DNA of 64,000 bases from Planctomycetota bacterium (GTDB lineage Bacteria > Planctomycetota > Phycisphaerae > Phycisphaerales > UBA1924), in assembly GCA_963204725.1 (NCBI GenBank), contig CAUJHH010000067.1:15459-79458 (forward strand), written 5' to 3'. The position numbers were made by a program, and so were the translations under genes. The notes beneath the pieces are model-generated. The model worked only from the letters and a program-made list of their open reading frames with translations, was not told the origin of the DNA and did no database searches. Positions 59,071-64,000 of this stretch are shown piece after piece. How positions within the stretch are numbered: the stretch's first letter is position 1; each line of letters begins with the position of its first letter.

Positions 59071-62000
59071 ATGAGCGAGCACGCCTCCCAACCTCCTGCC
59101 TCCCACCCCTCGACCGACTCCGGGCCGACCCATCGCTATTCCGCGCAACTGGCCGATCAGTTGGAGCGGAAGTGGCAATCCTGGTGGGATTCCCAGGGCA
59201 CGTTTGTTCAGCCGAACCCCGGAGAGCCCGGATTCGACGCCTCGCGCCCCAAGTTCTATTGCATGGACATGTTCCCGTACCCCTCGGGCGCTGGCCTGCA
59301 CGTCGGCCACCCCGAGGGATACACGGCCACCGACATCATCTGCCGCTACCGGAGAATGAAGGGATTCAACGTCCTCCATCCCATGGGTTGGGATGCGTAC
59401 GGGCTTCCCGCCGAGCAGTATGCGATCCAGACCGGCGTTCATCCGGCGATCACAACCCGGCGTGCGATCAACACCTTCCGAAGCCAGCTCAAGCGTTTCG
59501 GGTTCTCGTACGACTGGACGCGCGAGTTCGCGACGATCGACGAGGACTACTACCGCTGGACACAGTGGATCTTTCTGCGCCTCTACAACGCGTGGTACGA
59601 CGAAGACCGGCGAGCCGCTCGCCATATCGACGAACTCGAGGCCGAGTTCCGCTCGGGCGCTCGGCCCCTCCGATACAACGTGCGAGCCGCGGAGTATGCG
59701 CACGCTCCCGGCGTCACGGCCCACACGGTTGCAGGACCGTGGGAGAACGTGGACTACGAGACGCGTCGTTCGATCATCGACAGCTACCGTCTTGCGTATG
59801 TCTCCGAGCAACTCGTCAACTGGTGCCCGAAGCTCGGCACCGCCCTCGCCAACGAGGAGGTCATCGACGGCCGCTCCGAGCGTGGCGGCTACCCCGTTGT
59901 GCGGCGACCGCTGCGCCAGTGGATGATGCGGATCACGTCGTACGCGGACCGACTGCTGGAGGATCTGGCCGACCTTGATTGGCCGGAGTCCACCCGCGCC
60001 CAGCAGGCGGAGTGGATCGGACGCTCCGAGGGCGCGGAGATCGACTTCCCGCTCCTCGACCCCGACGGCTCCATGACGCGCACGCTCCGCGTCTACACCA
60101 CGCGACCCGACACCATCTTCGGCGCAACGTACATGGTCATCGCCCCGGAGCATCCGCTCGTGGGCGCGGCTCTCGAAGAGGGTCGGCCGGAGACCGACGA
60201 GGAGGCTATCAACGCCTACATCGCCCGCTCGAAGGCACGCTCCGATGTTGACCGACAGGCCGATGCAAAGACCAAGACGGGCATCTTCAGCGGCATCCTC
60301 GCCGTCAATCCCGCCACCGGCGAGCACATCCCGGTCTGGATCGCCGACTACGTCCTCATGGGTTACGGCCACGGCGCGATCATGGCGGTCCCCGCCCACG
60401 ACGAGCGCGACTTCGAGTTCGCCCGCGAGTTCGGGCTCCCGATCCGGGACGTCCTCCTGTCCCGCGTCCACTGGGCGATGTCGTACTTCTGTCGCTCAGC
60501 GAACGCCGAGCAGCGATCCTCGGATTCGTGGACCATCCGCCTCGCCGACTTTCTCGGGCTCGTCACCAGCATCAACGCGGAGCCCGACCACATGCCCGCG
60601 ATCCTCGCCCGCATCCACGAGACGCGCCGATCCGGGCCGGACCCGAGCCATGATCAGGGCATTGGAAAGCGCGGTGCCACCCAGGGCGAATGGCTCGAAA
60701 CTGTCGCCGCCATGGGCTTCGACACCTTTGAAGCCTTCGAAGAGGCGTTCTCCACCGGCTCGATCGTCGAGCACTTCGGCATCGCGTACTCGGGTGCGGG
60801 CCACGCGATCAACTCCGCGAACAAGGATGTGTCGCTCGACGGTCTGACGACCGCGGATGCCAAGAGCCGCATCATCGCGTGGCTGGAGTCCAAGGGCATC
60901 GGCCGGAAGAAGGTCAACTACAAGCTCCGCGACTGGCTCTTCAGCCGCCAGAGGTATTGGGGCGAGCCCTTCCCGATCGTCTACGACGAGCGCGGATTCC
61001 ACTACCCGGTCTCGACATCGGCCCTGCCCGTCAAGCTTCCGCCACTTGACGACTTCAAGCCCGAAGAGTCTGAAGATCCGCAGCCGCTGCTCGGCAAGGC
61101 GAAGGATTGGCTGCGCACCACTGGCGCCGAGGTCGGCGTCACCGAGCTGCCCCCCGACACGATCCTGCGGCGAGAGACCAACACGATGCCGGGTTGGGCG
61201 GGATCGTGCTGGTATTACTTGCGCTACTGCGATGCGAAGAACAGCAATCTCCTCGTCGGCAAGGAGGCGGAAGCGTACTGGATGAAGGGTGCGGTCGATC
61301 TCTACATCGGAGGAAGCGAGCACGCGGTGCTGCACCTCTTGTACGCCCGCTTTTGGCACAAAGTGCTCTATGACCTGGGCGATGTCTCCACGGCCGAGCC
61401 GTTCCAGAAGTTGTTTCATCAAGGGCTGATCACCAGCCATGCCTACCAGCGCGCGGACAAGTCGCTTGTCGCGATCGACGCCGTCGAGAACATCGGCACC
61501 GATGAAGCGCCGCGCTTTGTCGAGCGTGATGGCGGCGCGCCGGTCACGCAGGTCATCGCCAAGATGTCCAAGTCGCTGAAGAACGTCGTCAACCCCGACG
61601 ACGTGATCGGCGATTACGGCGCGGACACGTTTCGCCTCTACGAGATGTACATGGGCCCGCTCGAGGCCTCCAAACCCTGGAACACCCGCGACATCACCGG
61701 GCTCTTCCGCTTCCTGCAGCGTCTCTGGCGCCTCGCCGTCAGCGAGACGAGCGGCGAGTTGCGCCTCGCGCCCGATGCCGCCGCATCCTCCGACGCTCAC
61801 AAGTCCATCGAGAAGCTCCTGCACCGCACAACGGCGAAGGTCGAACAGGCGATCGAGAAGCTCTCATTCAACACAGCGATCGCTTCGATGATCGAACTCG
61901 TGAATGCCGCGACTTCGAGCGTGGGGGCCGAGGGCGGTCCGGGACTCTCTCGTGCCCAACTCGAACGCCTGTCGCTCATCCTCTGCCCCTTCGCGCCGCA

Positions 62001-62280
62001 CATGTCAGAAGAGCTCTGGTCTAAGTTGGGACACACGACCGCTTGCTCGCTCGCCACATGGCCCGCCGTTGACGAGTCCATGCTCAAGGACAGCGAGGTC
62101 GAGCTGGCCGTGCAGGTGCAGGGAAAGGTCCGCGCCCGCATCACAGTCCCCGCCGATGCGGAAGATGCCGCGGTCACCGCGCTGGCCCTCGCCGACCCCA
62201 AGGTCGCCGAACTCCTCGCGGGCAAGCCGCCGAAGAAGGTGATCGTGGTCAAGGGGCGGATGGTGAATGTGGTGGTGTGA
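59071..62280 (+). CDS. leuS: Leucine--tRNA ligase
   Basis: MFPYPSGAGLHVGHPEGY (HIGH), GWDAYGLPAEQYA, the CP1 editing region (TTRPDTIFGATYMVIAPEHPL), KMSKSLKN (KMSKS) and the C-terminal VQVQGKVRARITVP. Confidence 0.96.
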   Translation: MSEHASQPPASHPSTDSGPTHRYSAQLADQLERKWQSWWDSQGTFVQPNPGEPGFDASRPKFYCMDMFPYPSGAGLHVGHPEGYTATDIICRYRRMKGFNVLHPMGWDAYGLPAEQYAIQTGVHPAITTRRAINTFRSQLKRFGFSYDWTREFATIDEDYYRWTQWIFLRLYNAWYDEDRRAARHIDELEAEFRSGARPLRYNVRAAEYAHAPGVTAHTVAGPWENVDYETRRSIIDSYRLAYVSEQLVNWCPKLGTALANEEVIDGRSERGGYPVVRRPLRQWMMRITSYADRLLEDLADLDWPESTRAQQAEWIGRSEGAEIDFPLLDPDGSMTRTLRVYTTRPDTIFGATYMVIAPEHPLVGAALEEGRPETDEEAINAYIARSKARSDVDRQADAKTKTGIFSGILAVNPATGEHIPVWIADYVLMGYGHGAIMAVPAHDERDFEFAREFGLPIRDVLLSRVHWAMSYFCRSANAEQRSSDSWTIRLADFLGLVTSINAEPDHMPAILARIHETRRSGPDPSHDQGIGKRGATQGEWLETVAAMGFDTFEAFEEAFSTGSIVEHFGIAYSGAGHAINSANKDVSLDGLTTADAKSRIIAWLESKGIGRKKVNYKLRDWLFSRQRYWGEPFPIVYDERGFHYPVSTSALPVKLPPLDDFKPEESEDPQPLLGKAKDWLRTTGAEVGVTELPPDTILRRETNTMPGWAGSCWYYLRYCDAKNSNLLVGKEAEAYWMKGAVDLYIGGSEHAVLHLLYARFWHKVLYDLGDVSTAEPFQKLFHQGLITSHAYQRADKSLVAIDAVENIGTDEAPRFVERDGGAPVTQVIAKMSKSLKNVVNPDDVIGDYGADTFRLYEMYMGPLEASKPWNTRDITGLFRFLQRLWRLAVSETSGELRLAPDAAASSDAHKSIEKLLHRTTAKVEQAIEKLSFNTAIASMIELVNAATSSVGAEGGPGLSRAQLERLSLILCPFAPHMSEELWSKLGHTTACSLATWPAVDESMLKDSEVELAVQVQGKVRARITVPADAEDAAVTALALADPKVAELLAGKPPKKVIVVKGRMVNVVV

Positions 62281-62320
62281 GGACATTGTCGCAAACCGCC
62301 AGCCGCTGAATCAGCGGTTC

Positions 62321-63406
62321 TTATCCCACTCTCTCGCCCTTGAGTTCTCTGCTCATCAACTGTCCGATCGCGCTCAGTGGGTCCAGCCCCTCGAAGAGCA
62401 CCGCGTGCACCGCGGCCGTGATCGGCATCTCCACGCGATAGCGGGCCGCGAGGTCCATCACAGACTTTGTCGTCGGCACACCCTCCACCACATACGGGCT
62501 TCGCTTCAGGTAATCCTTCAGCTTCTCGCCCTTGCCGAGTGCCTCGCCGAGCGAGCGGTTCCTTCCCTCGGGGCTGAAGCAAGACGTCGCAAGGTCGCCG
62601 ACGCCAGCGATGCCGAAGAAGGTCTCTGGCGACGCCCCCATCGCCGCGCCGAGGCGTGCGATCTCCGCCAGACCGCGCGACAGCAGCGCGGACTTCGCGT
62701 TGTACCCGCCCTTGAGCCCATCGAGCACGCCCGCCGCGATCGCGATCACGTTCTTCACCGCGCCCGCGATCTCCGCGCCGAGCATGTCGTTGTTCGTATA
62801 CACCCGCAGCCACGATGAGCTGAACATCCGCTGGATCTGCTCGGTAAACGCCGGGTCGTCGCTCGCCGCGATCATCGTCGCCGGAAGACACCGTGCCAGT
62901 TCCGCGGCGATCGTCGGTCCCGTGAGCACGCCGATCGGTCGTGGCGAGGCGTCGGGATCGTCTCCCAGAACATCGGCCAGGATCTGGCTTGGCCTCAGCA
63001 GCGTCTCGTTCTCGATCCCCTTCGCGACCGACACGAGCCCCACCCGCGTCTCACGAGGCACATGAGGCCGCAGCCGCTCCCACCCCTCGCGGATGAACTG
63101 CACCGGGATCGCCGACACGATCAGATCCGCCCTCGACAGGTCCTCGTCCCGGATCGAAACTCTCACTCCTTCCGAAAGCACGAAGCCCGGCAGCCGATCG
63201 CTCTTCCGGGTCTGAGCCAGCTCGCCCGTCTCGTCCGCGTTCCGGCCCCAGATCACGACATCGGGCCGGTCGGCCTTGCCGCTCGCCGCCATGAGCATGG
63301 AGGAGCAGACCAGCCCCATCTGGCCGACGCCGAGCACGACGACGGTCGGTCCGGTCGATCGCGTGCCTTTCTTCGGTTGCTTGGATGCTCCGGGCATGTG
63401 AGGCAT
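62321..63406 (-). CDS. gpsA: NAD(P)H-dependent glycerol-3-phosphate dehydrogenase
   Basis: VVVLGVGQMGLVCSSML (Rossmann GxGxxG) and GAEIAGAVKNVIAIAAGVLDGLKGGYNAKSALLSRGLAEIARLG. I trimmed the track ORF (63745) to the ATG at 63406 (or 63397). Confidence 0.92.
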   Translation of the reverse strand: MPHMPGASKQPKKGTRSTGPTVVVLGVGQMGLVCSSMLMAASGKADRPDVVIWGRNADETGELAQTRKSDRLPGFVLSEGVRVSIRDEDLSRADLIVSAIPVQFIREGWERLRPHVPRETRVGLVSVAKGIENETLLRPSQILADVLGDDPDASPRPIGVLTGPTIAAELARCLPATMIAASDDPAFTEQIQRMFSSSWLRVYTNNDMLGAEIAGAVKNVIAIAAGVLDGLKGGYNAKSALLSRGLAEIARLGAAMGASPETFFGIAGVGDLATSCFSPEGRNRSLGEALGKGEKLKDYLKRSPYVVEGVPTTKSVMDLAARYRVEMPITAAVHAVLFEGLDPLSAIGQLMSRELKGERVG

Positions 63407-63628
63407 GTACTCCCTGGGAACTTGGTGACGACCATCGAACCGGCCGCATGATTGGAGCGTACCACCGCCGCACCACAACCACAGCCGCCGGACTCGGAAA
63501 CCTCCCGCGTCCGGCTGTTGGTGTTTGTGAGGGTCTACCATCTTCCCCTTCCTCGCAACCCACTCATACCGTCTCAGCGTCTCTGGATCCCTCCTCGATA
63601 CGCGACCACACGCCGGAGCATCCGTGCC

Positions 63629-64000
63629 ATGGCCACCCCACACGACCACGATCACGCCGGACACGATCACCCCCATGACAAGGGTCGCATCACGGCCGCG
63701 GGAACGAAAGTCTCCGAGAGCGGGATCGAGTGCTGCGCCCACCACGAGATCGAGATCGAACGCTACATCTTTCTGTACCTGATCGGTGGCGTGCTGCTCA
63801 TCACCACACGTGTCGCGAAGATGCTCACCGTTACCGACGGCGTGGTGGCCGAGATCCCCGCCGTGATCGGCGCGGTGCTCCTGGCCATCCCGCTTCTCCG
63901 GGCCGCGTGGACCGAGATCACTCGCCTGCGTCCGTCGAGCTCGACGCTCGCGGCTCTGGCAATTCTCGCGGCGCTCGCCGTGAACAAGTACGAGGTCGCG
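63629..64000 (+). CDS. Heavy-metal P1B-type ATPase, N-terminal fragment (truncated by window edge)
   Basis: The frame is open from the ATG at 63629 to the window end, so it is not in the ORF track. MATPHDHDHAGHDHPHD is a His-rich metal-binding tail and CCAHHE follows. Two TM helices and LAALAILAALAVNKYEVA resemble the first helices of Zn/Cd/Co-type P1B ATPases. Only 124 codons are visible. Confidence 0.65.
   Translation, partial: MATPHDHDHAGHDHPHDKGRITAAGTKVSESGIECCAHHEIEIERYIFLYLIGGVLLITTRVAKMLTVTDGVVAEIPAVIGAVLLAIPLLRAAWTEITRLRPSSSTLAALAILAALAVNKYEVA

Noticed and set aside
62281-62320. Small palindrome CCGCTGAATCAGCGG between the convergent leuS and gpsA genes, considered as a terminator.
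   Set aside because: The stem is short and the loop nearly absent. The T-tract (TTCTTATCC) is weak. Support is insufficient to annotate it.

Overview
High-G+C (roughly mid-60s % by eye), gene-dense bacterial chromosomal segment with about 45 protein-coding genes. I see no rRNA, tRNA, CRISPR array, transposase or integrase. Most of it is ordinary housekeeping: pheT, ilvE, trmB-queC-queE-queD, clpC, nadD, ppdK, pabB, leuS, gpsA and a phosphofructokinase. These are interleaved with envelope and export functions: two MFP-RND efflux pairs, an HtrA protease, a PhoR/PhoB-like two-component pair next to a porin, an MFS transporter, a GT2, HldE-like and NeuC-like sugar-nucleotide enzymes, and a PhoH plus 7TM-HD pair. 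The gene content (DUF58-BatA-VWA cluster, PA14 repeat protein, PPDK, several Cx2C...CPECG membrane proteins) fits a PVC/Planctomycetota-like genome, but that is inference only. The supplied ORF track takes the longest ATG/GTG/TTG ORF and omits ORFs that run off the window. Two edge-truncated genes are therefore missing from it: a secreted protein with at least 6 PA14 repeats at 1-2676 (minus) and a His-rich P1B-type ATPase N-terminus at 63629-64000 (plus). Many starts also had to be trimmed using homology and RBS evidence. Long antisense ORFs opposite clpC, ppdK, leuS and others are high-GC shadows. Most worth a second look: (1) four uncharacterised zinc-ribbon membrane proteins arranged as two tandem pairs, one pair directly behind an orphan prkA and in front of an RND pump; (2) the co-directional lipoprotein / orphan HscA-like Hsp70 / PA14-repeat gene string; (3) a DUF58-BatA-VWA cluster with no MoxR ATPase; (4) an HldE-like enzyme with inverted domain order; (5) PheT lacking its OB-fold tRNA-binding domain; (6) a basic tail on PPDK. 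I found no clear known defence, secretion or mobile system, so any novel-system call here is tentative.
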